DNA from: Coprobacillaceae bacterium
Lineage (GTDB): Bacteria; Bacillota_I; Bacilli_A; Erysipelotrichales; Coprobacillaceae
Assembly: GCA_963675515.1 (NCBI GenBank)
Contig: OY776328.1
Coordinates: forward strand, 2,100,001 to 2,132,000
DNA: 32,000 nt
Reading direction: 5' to 3'
The translations under genes and the position numbers were made by a program. Below are positions 9,045-18,589 of the stretch, piece after piece. The notes under the pieces are model-generated. The model worked only from the letters and a program-made list of their open reading frames with translations, was not told the origin of the DNA and did no database searches. Numbering within the stretch: the stretch's first letter is position 1; every line of letters begins with the position of its first letter.

Positions 9045-10411
9045 ATGAATCCCTCCTCATTTTTGTAGGAACCGGTATTGCGGTAAGTAACCAATGATAT
9101 GATTGACAGGATTACAAATGTCAAAATACCGATTACAGCTCCCAAATTGAAATATTGCAAGTCGATGGTAAGTTTATACAGCCAGGTCACAAGCAAATCT
9201 GTTTTCCCGGCCGTCGATCCCACCGGAGTAGGTGCGCCACCTGAAAGCAGATATATCACATTGAAGTTGTTTATATTGCCTGTGAACTGGGTTATCAGGT
9301 AAGGCGTGGTCACAAACAACATGTAAGGTAAAGTGATTTTTGTGAAGATGGTGAAGTTGTTCGCACCGTCCACTTTGGCTGACTCATAAAGTTCCGAAGG
9401 TATGTTTTGCAGAATGCCGGTTACCTGAATCAATGTGAAGGGTATACCAACCCATAGATTGATTATGATAACAGTTGCGCGTGCCCACAGGGCATCAGTG
9501 AAAAATGGCATCGGAGTACTTATAAGTCCGGCATTCATAAGCAAGGTATTTATTGCGCCATTTGGCTGGAGCATTGTTCTCATTATAAGCAATGAGACAA
9601 ATTGTGGTACTGCGATTGAAAGGATGAAAGTAAAACGCCAGAATGATTTGAAATGGGTGTCTTTACGGTTGATGACAATCGCCAGAAGCATTCCGAAAAC
9701 ATAGTTCAGACTTGTAGCCAGAACTGCCCATACTATAGTCCAACCTGCAACAGACCAGAAAGTCTGACCAAGTGATGAATTGAGATTCAATACATCGATG
9801 AAATTTTTCAGTCCGACCCAGTCGAACAATATCAGTTTTGAGTCAATTTTCGAATAATTGGTAAAGGCCATTGATATCATGAATATCAGCGGCAATACTG
9901 TAAACAACAAAATCCCGGTCAAAGGCCCAAACAACAACAAACTATGAAGGTTGGTGTTGAACAGTTCCTTGATGTCTTCTTTGAAAGTTTTTGGTGTCTT
10001 GTTTTGAGAAAGCAATAATTGCGTTGTATATGCGGATTTCATATTGATACGCCATAATTGGAGGAATAAGACGGTGATGAATATTGTAGCTATTCCAAAC
10101 AAGAGAATTGTGAGTGAGTTATCTCCTTGGACATATTCGTAAATACCTTTGGCTTCATTGTAAACCTCTCCTTGTTCCTGGCTTCCAAGTGTGAATAGTT
10201 CGAAGAACAAATTTGCACCTTTTGCAACAATGAATGTCAGATAGCCAACCTGGGCAATCAAAAAAATCAAACCCTTGATAATCTGGCCTCTGGCAAAATT
10301 CCCTGTTCCCATGATTACCATCGACAAGCGTGTTTTAAGATCCCCGTTTCTAATGGCACTTGTTACTGTACAAGCGCTCTTCATTGTGGGATTTTTTTTG
10401 AAAATGTTCAT
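9041..10411 (-). CDS. malF: Maltodextrin/sugar ABC transporter permease (MalF/MdxF-like)
   Basis: The 456-aa multi-TM protein has a long N-terminal extension typical of MalF-type permeases. Its EAA loop is YESAKVDGANNFTIFTKITLPYM. GGAG lies 8 nt upstream of the ATG. Confidence 0.8.
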   Translation of the reverse strand: MNIFKKNPTMKSACTVTSAIRNGDLKTRLSMVIMGTGNFARGQIIKGLIFLIAQVGYLTFIVAKGANLFFELFTLGSQEQGEVYNEAKGIYEYVQGDNSLTILLFGIATIFITVLFLQLWRINMKSAYTTQLLLSQNKTPKTFKEDIKELFNTNLHSLLLFGPLTGILLFTVLPLIFMISMAFTNYSKIDSKLILFDWVGLKNFIDVLNLNSSLGQTFWSVAGWTIVWAVLATSLNYVFGMLLAIVINRKDTHFKSFWRFTFILSIAVPQFVSLLIMRTMLQPNGAINTLLMNAGLISTPMPFFTDALWARATVIIINLWVGIPFTLIQVTGILQNIPSELYESAKVDGANNFTIFTKITLPYMLFVTTPYLITQFTGNINNFNVIYLLSGGAPTPVGSTAGKTDLLVTWLYKLTIDLQYFNLGAVIGILTFVILSIISLVTYRNTGSYKNEEGFM

Positions 10412-10440
10412 AAATGTATCTCCCCGTAATTTTTGAAAAC

Positions 10441-10463
10441 AAACCCCAGTTTCCCGGGGCTTT
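10441..10463 (-). terminator. Intra-operon hairpin (candidate partial terminator or mRNA stabiliser) after the SBP gene
   Basis: On the minus strand the sequence reads AAGCCCC-gggaaact-GGGGTTT, followed by GTTTT. It lies between the SBP stop (10480) and the MalF-like start (10411). Confidence 0.4.
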
Positions 10464-10479
10464 ACACAATGCTATGTGT

Positions 10480-11727
10480 TTATTGTGTGATTGTGTCAGA
10501 GTTCATACTTGCTACAAAAGCCGTCAGTTTTTCGCTGGCATTTGCATGAGTGATTTCCTTGTTTACAAGAGATTGACCGAACACTCCTGCAGCTTCCCAG
10601 AATTTTGCCATTCCAGCAACTGTAGGCTGAATGAATGCAGTATTGGCCATAGTATCATTTTGCGCTTTAACGACCGGATCAGCTGCGACAGTTTCATTGT
10701 CAAGAAGATTCAAACTGCAAGGAATGATGTTTCTTGACAAGTAATGAGCCAGTTGAGCTTCATCAGATCCCAGGTATGATGCCAATGCCACGGCAACTTC
10801 TTGATATTCGCAGTTAGGATTTACGGCAATAGCTTTTGACCCCGCAAATGATTCCAATTGTTTTTCTTCACCATCGATTGTGATCGTTGGAAGTTGGGCC
10901 GCACCGAAGTTGTCACCTAATATTTCTTTTACTGCAGACGCATCCCATGCTCCTGAGAACAATGCGGAATAAGTACCGTTGCGAAGTCCGGCGATACCTG
11001 AACCGTCAGCATCATTTGCGAAATTGCTGTTGGCAACCAAGTCTACTAGATAGTTTATTGCCGCTAGTCCCTCGTCAGTACCGAATTGGATTCCCGCATC
11101 ATTATCAGTACCGTCAGCACCGAACATTTCGCACCCGTTAGCCAAGAAGAATGAAGCATTATACCATGCGTTTGATAATGGGAATGATACCTTTGCAGTT
11201 TCAAGCATCGTATCAAGGTTGGTTATGTCACTTTCGCTGAATACTGAAGTGTCATAATACATGAACCAAGTATTGGTTGTAAAAGGAACACCATAAACAT
11301 ATCCATCTACCGATACCGAATCAACTACTGTTTGAGAGTTGTTTGTTTCAACCTTTTCCAATGCATCGCCACCCAGTTTTGAGATAGCTTGAGCATCAAT
11401 CAATGTTTGCAACTGATCGTTTGCAAACATATAAACGTCTGCTGCCGCACTTGGATCTTGGGTGATGGTAGTACCGGCATCCCCTTCTGAACATACGCCA
11501 TATTCAAATTCAAGATCCCAGTTTTCATGAGCTTCATTAAATGCTTCACATTGGGTCTGCAACCACTCTCCGCTGTCTGGTGATTGGTCCTCAGCAGGCG
11601 ACCATACTGTGATTGTAGCGGTAATGCTTTCTTCATCACTGCTGTCATTCGCACCGGAACTGCATCCGACCGCACCTAACAACATTGCTGCCGTAATAGA
11701 ACTGGCAATTATTTTTTTGAAATTCAT
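10480..11727 (-). CDS. malE: Maltose/maltodextrin-binding lipoprotein (MalE/MdxE/MalX/CycB-like)
   Basis: The 415-aa ORF has the lipobox LLGAVGC. Its family-1 SBP pattern is typical of maltodextrin binders (TITVWSP...DPSAAADVYMFANDQL...DGYVYGVPFTTNTWFMYYD). A GGAGG SD is present. Confidence 0.8.
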   Translation of the reverse strand: MNFKKIIASSITAAMLLGAVGCSSGANDSSDEESITATITVWSPAEDQSPDSGEWLQTQCEAFNEAHENWDLEFEYGVCSEGDAGTTITQDPSAAADVYMFANDQLQTLIDAQAISKLGGDALEKVETNNSQTVVDSVSVDGYVYGVPFTTNTWFMYYDTSVFSESDITNLDTMLETAKVSFPLSNAWYNASFFLANGCEMFGADGTDNDAGIQFGTDEGLAAINYLVDLVANSNFANDADGSGIAGLRNGTYSALFSGAWDASAVKEILGDNFGAAQLPTITIDGEEKQLESFAGSKAIAVNPNCEYQEVAVALASYLGSDEAQLAHYLSRNIIPCSLNLLDNETVAADPVVKAQNDTMANTAFIQPTVAGMAKFWEAAGVFGQSLVNKEITHANASEKLTAFVASMNSDTITQ

Positions 11728-11757
11728 ATTAATTTCCTCCCTTTGGTTTATATCATT

Positions 11758-11778
11758 ATTATAAGCAAGCGCTTCCGT
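11758..11778 (-). promoter_or_regulatory. Candidate -10 box (TATAAT, 11758-11763) abutting a cre-like CcpA site (11764-11778)
   Basis: The minus strand reads ACGGAAGCGCTTGCT TATAAT. The 15-mer fits the cre consensus WTGNAANCGNWNNCW at all but one position, with a perfect AAGCGCTT core. The -35 region is poor, which fits an activator-dependent promoter. Confidence 0.5.
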
Positions 11779-11830
11779 AGGCGGAATATCACCTTTTTGT
11801 GATAAATATTAAATTTCTTAACACATTGAA

Positions 11831-11868
11831 AATAAAAAAAGATAATGATTGAAAAGCAAATCATTACC
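11831..11868 (-). terminator. Rho-independent terminator after the histidine kinase gene
   Basis: On the minus strand a 10-bp stem (one G-U pair) GGTAATGATT-loop-AATCATTATC is followed by TTTTTTTATTTT. Confidence 0.8.
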
Positions 11869-11876
11869 TTAATACG

Positions 11877-13568
11877 CTACTGTTCTTTTAGTTGGAATTT
11901 TCTGGCCGGGAAGATGACAGTTATAAAAGTACCTTGATTCACAATGCTTTCCATATGGACACCATAATCATTTCCATAAAAAAGCTTGATTCGTTCATGG
12001 ACATTGAATACCCCGTATCCTTTTGAATTGGTTGTCAGAATAGTATCAATGGTATCCTGGGTCATTCCCACTCCGTTGTCTTCGATAATAAGATAAACAA
12101 TGCCATCTGCCATTGTGCCAAGAACCCTGATCAGACCTCTTTTATCTTCCAGCAAATCGATTCCATGATTGATCGCATTTTCTATCAAGGGTTGCAAAAT
12201 AAGATTCAGGGTTTCGTAATCGTTGAGATTGTCATCTACTTCGATGACGACATCGAAACTGTGATCATGCATCATCAATTCAAGATCAATATATGCCCTG
12301 ATATTTGCCAGTTCACTGGCAATTGTACAAATATTGTTGCCCCGATTTAGAGCTGTACGGTAGAATGCCGCCAATGAAAGTGTGATTCTTGAAATATCGG
12401 GATTATTAGCCTGAATCGCTTTGAAGTTGATCATTGAAAGAGTATTGTATAGAAAATGGGGGTTGATTTGTTGTTGCAGTGCGCGAAGTTCATATTCTTT
12501 TTGATTGATCTTCGAAATATACAGATCATCGATCAATCGTTTGATACGGCCGGTCATTTGCGAGAAGCCTCGGATCAGTTCGCCGATTTCATCTTTCGAG
12601 TCCGATGACAATGAAATGTTGAAGTTCCCTTTCTCCACTTTTTGCATATAATCTGCAAGTACATTGATTCGGTTGACAATGTATCTTGATATCAAGAACA
12701 GTGCAAGCATTGTTGCAATAGCAACAATGGCGACAGTGGACCCTATTGAAGCGAAAATCGGATTCAAGTTGTTCACAGCTAGACTTTTCGGTCTATAGAC
12801 ATTAAGCGAAATATTCGAGTTGCTGACCTCGCTGCTTTGATAGATATAGTCGGAGCTGTTTTGGATGTTGTCAACTGTACTGATCATATCCGGATTGGAA
12901 AATGAATCAAAACCGTAAACTTGTTCACCGTTTTTGGAAATGTTCACACCGTAATTATCGGGCAGTGATGAAGTCAAGGTAGCCATCAGATCATTGAAGT
13001 TAGGTTGGATATATAATATTGCAGTCATATCGGACTGGATATATACTTTCCTTATTGAAAAAATGGTCTGGTCCTGAATAAACCAGTGAATGTTCGAATC
13101 ACTCATGACTTCATCATACCAGAATTGATCTGTAGCAGTTTGAAAGCTCACAAGAGTGTTGGCGTAATCGACTTTCAGATTTGGTACATAGTAGGTGATT
13201 GCTTCAAGATCATCATGGAAATACAATATGGACGAGATTGTGGGGTCAAGGATATCACGATACTGAGTATAAATCTGATACTTATCATCATTTGTTTGGC
13301 TTATCTCAATTACATTCTTTATTTCATTGTTGTAGGACAGGTAGTTTGACAGATTATCATATACGTTTATCTCGTTTTCCAGAGTCAGTTTTGCCTGAAT
13401 CAGATAGCTTTCCATATTCTCACTTTCTTGCACTATAAGCATATTGGAAATCTGCTGATATGCAAGAAATCCCATTACGAGCAACGGGGCTATTCCAATG
13501 ATAATATAGCTGGCCACCAGTTTTCCTCGCAAAGAAAGGTCGTTGAAAATATGTTTAATCATTTTCAT
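11877..13568 (-). CDS. Sensor histidine kinase, YesM/LytS-type (His_kinase + HATPase_c) with extracytoplasmic sensor domain and HAMP
   Basis: The 563-aa ORF has an N-terminal TM, a roughly 250-aa external region, a second TM and a HAMP-like linker. The phospho-acceptor motif QINPHFLYNTLSMI is typical of the YesM family. A C-terminal ATPase region follows (ENAINHG...DNGVGM). Confidence 0.85.
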   Translation of the reverse strand: MKMIKHIFNDLSLRGKLVASYIIIGIAPLLVMGFLAYQQISNMLIVQESENMESYLIQAKLTLENEINVYDNLSNYLSYNNEIKNVIEISQTNDDKYQIYTQYRDILDPTISSILYFHDDLEAITYYVPNLKVDYANTLVSFQTATDQFWYDEVMSDSNIHWFIQDQTIFSIRKVYIQSDMTAILYIQPNFNDLMATLTSSLPDNYGVNISKNGEQVYGFDSFSNPDMISTVDNIQNSSDYIYQSSEVSNSNISLNVYRPKSLAVNNLNPIFASIGSTVAIVAIATMLALFLISRYIVNRINVLADYMQKVEKGNFNISLSSDSKDEIGELIRGFSQMTGRIKRLIDDLYISKINQKEYELRALQQQINPHFLYNTLSMINFKAIQANNPDISRITLSLAAFYRTALNRGNNICTIASELANIRAYIDLELMMHDHSFDVVIEVDDNLNDYETLNLILQPLIENAINHGIDLLEDKRGLIRVLGTMADGIVYLIIEDNGVGMTQDTIDTILTTNSKGYGVFNVHERIKLFYGNDYGVHMESIVNQGTFITVIFPARKFQLKEQ

Positions 13569-15069
13569 TTATCAAACCTGAGTTTCTGAATTTTTGAGGA
13601 GATACGCCATAATAGTCTCTGAAGGACTGGCAAAAATAAGATACGTTCGGGTATCCTACACTGGTTGAGATGGATATGATTTTCTCGTGTGAATTTTCAA
13701 GCAGGTCACGTGCCCGTTCCATTCTATACGACTTTATGAACTTTGAGAGATTGACTCCGGTCTCTTTTTTGAAAATATGAGACAGATAGCTTGGTGCCAG
13801 ACAGACAAGATCTGCCAGCATGTCGACTGAGATATCTTGAGAGTAATGAGCATAGATATACCTTTGAACCGTTTCGATTTCTTTATGAATCAGATTGAGT
13901 TTGTTATCAATTGTTTTTTCCAAGTCATCTACGAATAATCCTACAACTCTTTCAATACTTTTGATGTTCCGGGCATGATAATATTCGACTATCCTTCGGT
14001 TTAATTCCTGCTGGGTGAGCTCTGGCAGTGACTGTGCAATTTCCCTTATGACACTCGCAAACGTGAATTTGAAATATTCGGTCGAAAAATTCTTGCATTC
14101 AAGATAGTCTTTAAAGTATTTATGGATGTCTGATCTTATTTTATCTATATTTTGAGTTCTGATGTTATTCTTCACATTTTCTAGTATTTTATCTAGTTCG
14201 AGTTCTTTGAATTCCCTATCTATGTCGTCACCATGGTAAAGAATTCGGGTATGTGGGAGATAATAACGGGATTCCATCAAATCCTCCAGTTCTTCGATGC
14301 TTGAAGAAAAATCGTTGTCTTTGACTATAGAAACTGCGATGAAGCATTTTTTTGCGAAGTTGACATCGATATAGGTTATGATTGATTTTCCAAGAGCGAT
14401 CAGTTTGTCTTTGTTGTCATCTTCAAGAAAAAGCAGAGATTCGCTTGGATTCATATTCAAATATCTGAATCCTATTTCGGTAAGGTCCAGGAAATCAAGT
14501 TTTGCATTGGAAGCGAAAAAGACATCTTCGAAAAATATCAAGATAAGACTTTTGTACTTGCCAAGATATCCAATGACATCCATGTCCGGATACTGCTTGG
14601 CAAGAGAGGCGACATTTCGTCCGTTTGTCACACTTACAAGAAGATGCTCATTGATCAGGTTTTCATTGAAGTCGGCCATGGCCTGATTTTCAAGTCGTTG
14701 TTTTTTCTCATCAATCAGTTTGTTTAGGGAATTGTAGAATTCGTTTGGATCAACCGGTTTTAAGATGTATTCCTGTACTCCAAGTGTTATCGCCTTTTTT
14801 GCGTAATCAAACAAGCTGTAACCGGAAAAAATCACCGTTCCCAGTTCAGGGCATATTTTATACGCTTCCTTGATCAGTTCGAGCCCGTCCATGAAAGGCA
14901 TTTGTATATCTGTAAGCAAATAGTCAATCTCGGTGTTTTTAAGACACTCCAATGCCTTTTGCCCATTGGCAGCTTCGTGTATTTCGAATTCATAATTCAT
15001 CGAATTCAATAAAAATATTATTCCCTGACGTGATATCCTGTCATCATCAACTACTAAAACTTTATCCAT
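13555..15069 (-). CDS. Response regulator with AraC-type HTH output (YesN-like)
   Basis: The 504-aa ORF has a receiver domain (MDKVLVVDDD...DIQMPFMDGL...KP). Its C-terminal AraC/XylS HTH is YSQDISVDMLADLVCLAPSYLSHIFKKETG...GYPNVSYFCQSFRDYYGVSP. It overlaps the kinase start by 14 nt. Confidence 0.9.
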   Translation of the reverse strand: MDKVLVVDDDRISRQGIIFLLNSMNYEFEIHEAANGQKALECLKNTEIDYLLTDIQMPFMDGLELIKEAYKICPELGTVIFSGYSLFDYAKKAITLGVQEYILKPVDPNEFYNSLNKLIDEKKQRLENQAMADFNENLINEHLLVSVTNGRNVASLAKQYPDMDVIGYLGKYKSLILIFFEDVFFASNAKLDFLDLTEIGFRYLNMNPSESLLFLEDDNKDKLIALGKSIITYIDVNFAKKCFIAVSIVKDNDFSSSIEELEDLMESRYYLPHTRILYHGDDIDREFKELELDKILENVKNNIRTQNIDKIRSDIHKYFKDYLECKNFSTEYFKFTFASVIREIAQSLPELTQQELNRRIVEYYHARNIKSIERVVGLFVDDLEKTIDNKLNLIHKEIETVQRYIYAHYSQDISVDMLADLVCLAPSYLSHIFKKETGVNLSKFIKSYRMERARDLLENSHEKIISISTSVGYPNVSYFCQSFRDYYGVSPQKFRNSGLINEND

Positions 15070-15072
15070 AAC

Positions 15073-15573
15073 CTACTCCTTAACATCCACCAGATAATTG
15101 GCACGCATCTTGATTGCCTTGATAAGCCTGTCATCAAGAACCGTCAGAACACATGCGTAGTTCAAACCGCTTTTAAATACAAGGGCAATTTGCCGCTTGG
15201 TCATATCCGGTGATAAGAAATTATAAATTCTAACTTTTTTGAGACGGTACCTGTTAACTAGCTCTTTGTTATTTTTTGCAACAAGTTCCAGGTCATTGAA
15301 ATTCCCTTTGAACACAACTTTGCGTTTGTTGAAATTCATGATGCGGGCGACCTCAAATTCATCGTTGACAATTATATAGTCGTATTGGGTTTTGTTCGCA
15401 TTGTTGACGCAATATGCCAGGTATAAGAATAAAGGACCAAGAGGCAGTAAAAATATCATAACCGTGCTTGTCATGATGAAGAAAATACCGATGGCAGTCA
15501 ATAGATTTCTTATTATAATCAGTTTGAGCTGTCTGCGTCCGGTAACAGTTTGTTCAATCGAAATATCATCCAT
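15073..15573 (-). CDS. Small membrane protein of unknown function, first gene of the two-component operon
   Basis: The track ORF starts at a TTG (15579). An ATG at 15573 lies 9 nt from GGAGG (15583-15587), so I prefer it. The product has a two-TM hairpin (LLTAIGIFFIMTSTVMIFLLPLGPLFLYLAYCV) followed by a roughly 100-aa soluble tail. The stop lies 3 nt before the response-regulator ATG. I recognise no family. Confidence 0.6.
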   Translation of the reverse strand: MDDISIEQTVTGRRQLKLIIIRNLLTAIGIFFIMTSTVMIFLLPLGPLFLYLAYCVNNANKTQYDYIIVNDEFEVARIMNFNKRKVVFKGNFNDLELVAKNNKELVNRYRLKKVRIYNFLSPDMTKRQIALVFKSGLNYACVLTVLDDRLIKAIKMRANYLVDVKE

Positions 15574-15740
15574 ATTCAAAATCCTCCTCTCTCACATTGT
15601 AACATAGTGCAAAGAAAGGGATATGACAAATTTATTAGATAATTGTTGAAAATTTAATAAAATTGGCACTTTTACAAAAAATCTTATATACCCTTTCAAA
15701 AAGATGTTGAATATAATTCAGGTATGGAGGAAATTTAGAT

Positions 15741-16853
15741 ATGGCTAATTTATCACTAGAAAATATTTGTAAAACATACCCTAATGGGTTTGAAGCAGTC
15801 AAGAATTTCAATATTGAAATTGAAGAACAGGAATTTATCATATTTGTCGGTCCTTCGGGATGCGGTAAATCGACAACATTGAGAATGATTGCAGGTCTTG
15901 AAGACATATCCGATGGACTGTTAAAGATTGACGATCAGATTGTAAATGATGTGGAATCAAAAGACCGTGACATTGCCATGGTTTTTCAAAACTATGCATT
16001 ATATCCGCATATGAGTGTTTATGACAACATTGCTTTTGGTCTCAAGGTCCGTCATGTTCCCAAAGATGAAATAGATAAGGCTATAAAAGAAGTCGCCAAA
16101 GTTCTTGATCTTGAAAACTTGCTCAAACGCAAGCCCAAAGCACTTTCCGGTGGCCAACGTCAACGTGTGGCCATGGGTAGAGCGATGGTAAGAAATCCCA
16201 AGATTTTTTTGATGGACGAACCATTATCAAATCTTGATGCAAAATTAAGGGTTCAAATGAGAACTGAAATTGCCAAGCTGCACAAAAAGCTTGGGGCCAC
16301 AATCATATACGTCACTCACGACCAGACAGAAGCGATGACTCTTGGTACAAGAATTGTTGTCATGCAAAAAGGCGTTGTTCAGCAGATAGATTCACCGACA
16401 AATCTCTATAACAAACCAAAGAACCTTTTTGTAGCCGGGTTTATCGGTTCACCGCAAATGAACTTTCTCAAAACTGACGTCATCGAAAAAAATGGCGAAA
16501 TCTTTTTAGCGGTGAAAAACAACATATTTGTCAAGCCGTCAGTCGCCAAAGCAAATCGTCTGAAAAGTTTGAATTATGTCGGTAAACAGGTAATCATGGG
16601 AATTCGTCCTGAAGACATCCATGAGGAAGAACTCTTCATAGCGGCTTCATCTGATACACAATTTGAGTGTGAGATAGATGTTATCGAAACGCTTGGGTCG
16701 GATACTTACTTGCATTTCTCAATTGCAGACACAAAGTTTGTCGCACGTGTTGATCCAAGATGCAATACTGGAGTTAATGAAACAATGACTTTTGCTATCG
16801 ATGCCAATCAAATGCACTTTTTCGATGTTGACAGTGAGCTGGCGATTTATTAA
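15741..16853 (+). CDS. msmX: Multi-sugar ABC transporter ATP-binding protein (MsmX/MsmK/MalK-type)
   Basis: The 370-aa ORF has Walker A GPSGCGKST, the signature LSGGQRQR and Walker B IFLMDEPLSNLD. It also has a C-terminal MalK-like regulatory/TOBE region. A GGAGG SD is present. Confidence 0.9.
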   Translation: MANLSLENICKTYPNGFEAVKNFNIEIEEQEFIIFVGPSGCGKSTTLRMIAGLEDISDGLLKIDDQIVNDVESKDRDIAMVFQNYALYPHMSVYDNIAFGLKVRHVPKDEIDKAIKEVAKVLDLENLLKRKPKALSGGQRQRVAMGRAMVRNPKIFLMDEPLSNLDAKLRVQMRTEIAKLHKKLGATIIYVTHDQTEAMTLGTRIVVMQKGVVQQIDSPTNLYNKPKNLFVAGFIGSPQMNFLKTDVIEKNGEIFLAVKNNIFVKPSVAKANRLKSLNYVGKQVIMGIRPEDIHEEELFIAASSDTQFECEIDVIETLGSDTYLHFSIADTKFVARVDPRCNTGVNETMTFAIDANQMHFFDVDSELAIY

Positions 16854-16861
16854 GTTACTTT

Positions 16862-16890
16862 AAGGTTGCCTTTTTGGAGGCGACCTTTTA
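16862..16890 (+). terminator. Rho-independent terminator of the ATPase gene
   Basis: A 10-bp stem AAGGTTGCCT-ttttgg-AGGCGACCTT runs into TTTTAATT, 9 nt after the TAA. Confidence 0.75.
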
Positions 16891-16954
16891 ATTACAATGC
16901 ACACAGTTCTTATCAAGATGCAACCTAAAATCCCGCGTAAATTTATAACAACAC

Positions 16955-18550
16955 CTAAGGCAGCGGGATGTTGAATGCTTCATAGATATTTCGCTGTTCC
17001 TTCGTTACTGGGGCGATGATACTTTGGCCGTTGATATCCTGGATGCGCAACTTTGCAAGGATTTGGAGAAGCTCCTTCATCGTGTGTTTCTTGTACAGTC
17101 CTTTGTCATTCATCACTTTGTTGATTTCTGACATGATTACTGATGCAATGAATCCGACGAATAGTTTCCCTTGCATCGCATTGTCGCTATGTACTCGCAA
17201 CCTTCCGAGGTCGATGTTATTTTTTAGACGGAGGAAGCCTTTTTCCACGACATCCTTATCCCGATATATCGTAATTGCTTTTTGAGCATCGCTGATGTCA
17301 TTGCTTATCAAGACAACCCAACCTGCGGTTTTAAGACTTTTTTCAACAACGTCTGTCCTGATGTTGACAGTGTATCCACTGTCCTGTTTTTCTGATTTGC
17401 GGATAATCAGATACTTACTGCATTCTGTGTCATGTAGCCATTTTTCAGGATTTTCAGTAGCCTTTTGCCGCAGCACGGCTATTGATGAATAAAGGTCTTC
17501 ACGGATTCCCGCAGCCTTCTTAGCGCTGTAGTAAATGTGGGTGTACAATTTGTGTTTAGGATCCCAAGAACGTTCCTTGGTTACTGCTCGCATTGAATTT
17601 CCGTTGATGACAATTGTGTTCTCCACACAATCGATGTCTTTCCGTTCGCCTTCTACCTGGTTCTTGGCAAAGGCAGACGAGAATGGTACTGAGATCAAGA
17701 ATTTTACCGGTCCGCCACCTCTTTCATCAAGCATTTTATTGATGTTTGAAGCACTGTAAAAACCTTTATCCATAACTACGGTGATGGCCCGGCTTCCAGT
17801 TGTAGCTTCAAATTGATCTAGTGTGTTTTTGAGAGTACGGACATCCTTCTGGCTGCCACTGAATATGGTTTGGAACAAAGGTAGCCTTTTGGATTCTCCC
17901 ATGAGCATGCAGATATTGATCTGCGGCAGGTTATCATGATCACGATTATAGCCCCATTCCACATCGTCAATCAATTCCGAATAAGATGACGTTGAAGTTA
18001 TATCCAAAGCCAGGTATTCATCATCTTTGTTTGCAGTATACCAATGGCGATAAAAATCACTCCGTTGATTTGCGGTAAGAGAAATCAAAAGCTCACTTAT
18101 GCGTTGCGATGTCAATGAACCGACAGGGTATGATTGTGTTCCTGAAATCCATTCATTACAGTACATCATCGGGTCGCTAGTGGAAATCATGTAACAAGCA
18201 AGCATGAATATCTCTTGCCAGTGGTTTGGCATAGATCGCTCCAAAGCATCGATCAAACCTGAGTTTTCAGCAATGGTGCGATACAAATGGAAAAGCCCAT
18301 ATGAACGCACTGATGACTTTTTGATATCGTCGATAGAGAACACTTTCTCGGTTGAAGGGATCTCTATCACTTGACCCGCTAGACGAAGCTCTTCCAAATA
18401 TTCGGGTTTATAGATCTTTTGTCCAGTCTTAGGATCGATTTTCCCAATCGAACGACGCTTTTGTCTTACCTGCCCATCTTTCGTGCGAAATCCCTCAGCA
18501 AGATAAATATATTGATACTGACCAACCTTCTGAATAACCTCATAACTCAT
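16955..18550 (-). CDS. IS1634-family DDE transposase
   Basis: The N-terminus MSYEVIQKVGQYQYIYLAEGFRTKDGQVRQKRRSIGKID is typical of the family. The product also has VVMDKGFYS and the C-terminal YRDKDVVEKGFLRLKN motif (YREK-type). The track start at 18559 is a GTG inside the SD, so I prefer the ATG at 18550, 5 nt after GGGGTGA. Confidence 0.8.
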   Translation of the reverse strand: MSYEVIQKVGQYQYIYLAEGFRTKDGQVRQKRRSIGKIDPKTGQKIYKPEYLEELRLAGQVIEIPSTEKVFSIDDIKKSSVRSYGLFHLYRTIAENSGLIDALERSMPNHWQEIFMLACYMISTSDPMMYCNEWISGTQSYPVGSLTSQRISELLISLTANQRSDFYRHWYTANKDDEYLALDITSTSSYSELIDDVEWGYNRDHDNLPQINICMLMGESKRLPLFQTIFSGSQKDVRTLKNTLDQFEATTGSRAITVVMDKGFYSASNINKMLDERGGGPVKFLISVPFSSAFAKNQVEGERKDIDCVENTIVINGNSMRAVTKERSWDPKHKLYTHIYYSAKKAAGIREDLYSSIAVLRQKATENPEKWLHDTECSKYLIIRKSEKQDSGYTVNIRTDVVEKSLKTAGWVVLISNDISDAQKAITIYRDKDVVEKGFLRLKNNIDLGRLRVHSDNAMQGKLFVGFIASVIMSEINKVMNDKGLYKKHTMKELLQILAKLRIQDINGQSIIAPVTKEQRNIYEAFNIPLP

Positions 18551-18564
18551 CCAAATCACCCCTC

Positions 18565-18589
18565 TGTTGTTATAATAATTATAACAACA
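18565..18589. repeat. Perfect 12+1+12 palindrome TGTTGTTATAAT-A-ATTATAACAACA just upstream of the transposase start
   Basis: It was read directly from the sequence. Each arm contains the TTATAACAAC motif that also occurs in both terminal inverted repeats (16943-16953 and 18680-18690). Confidence 0.8.
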
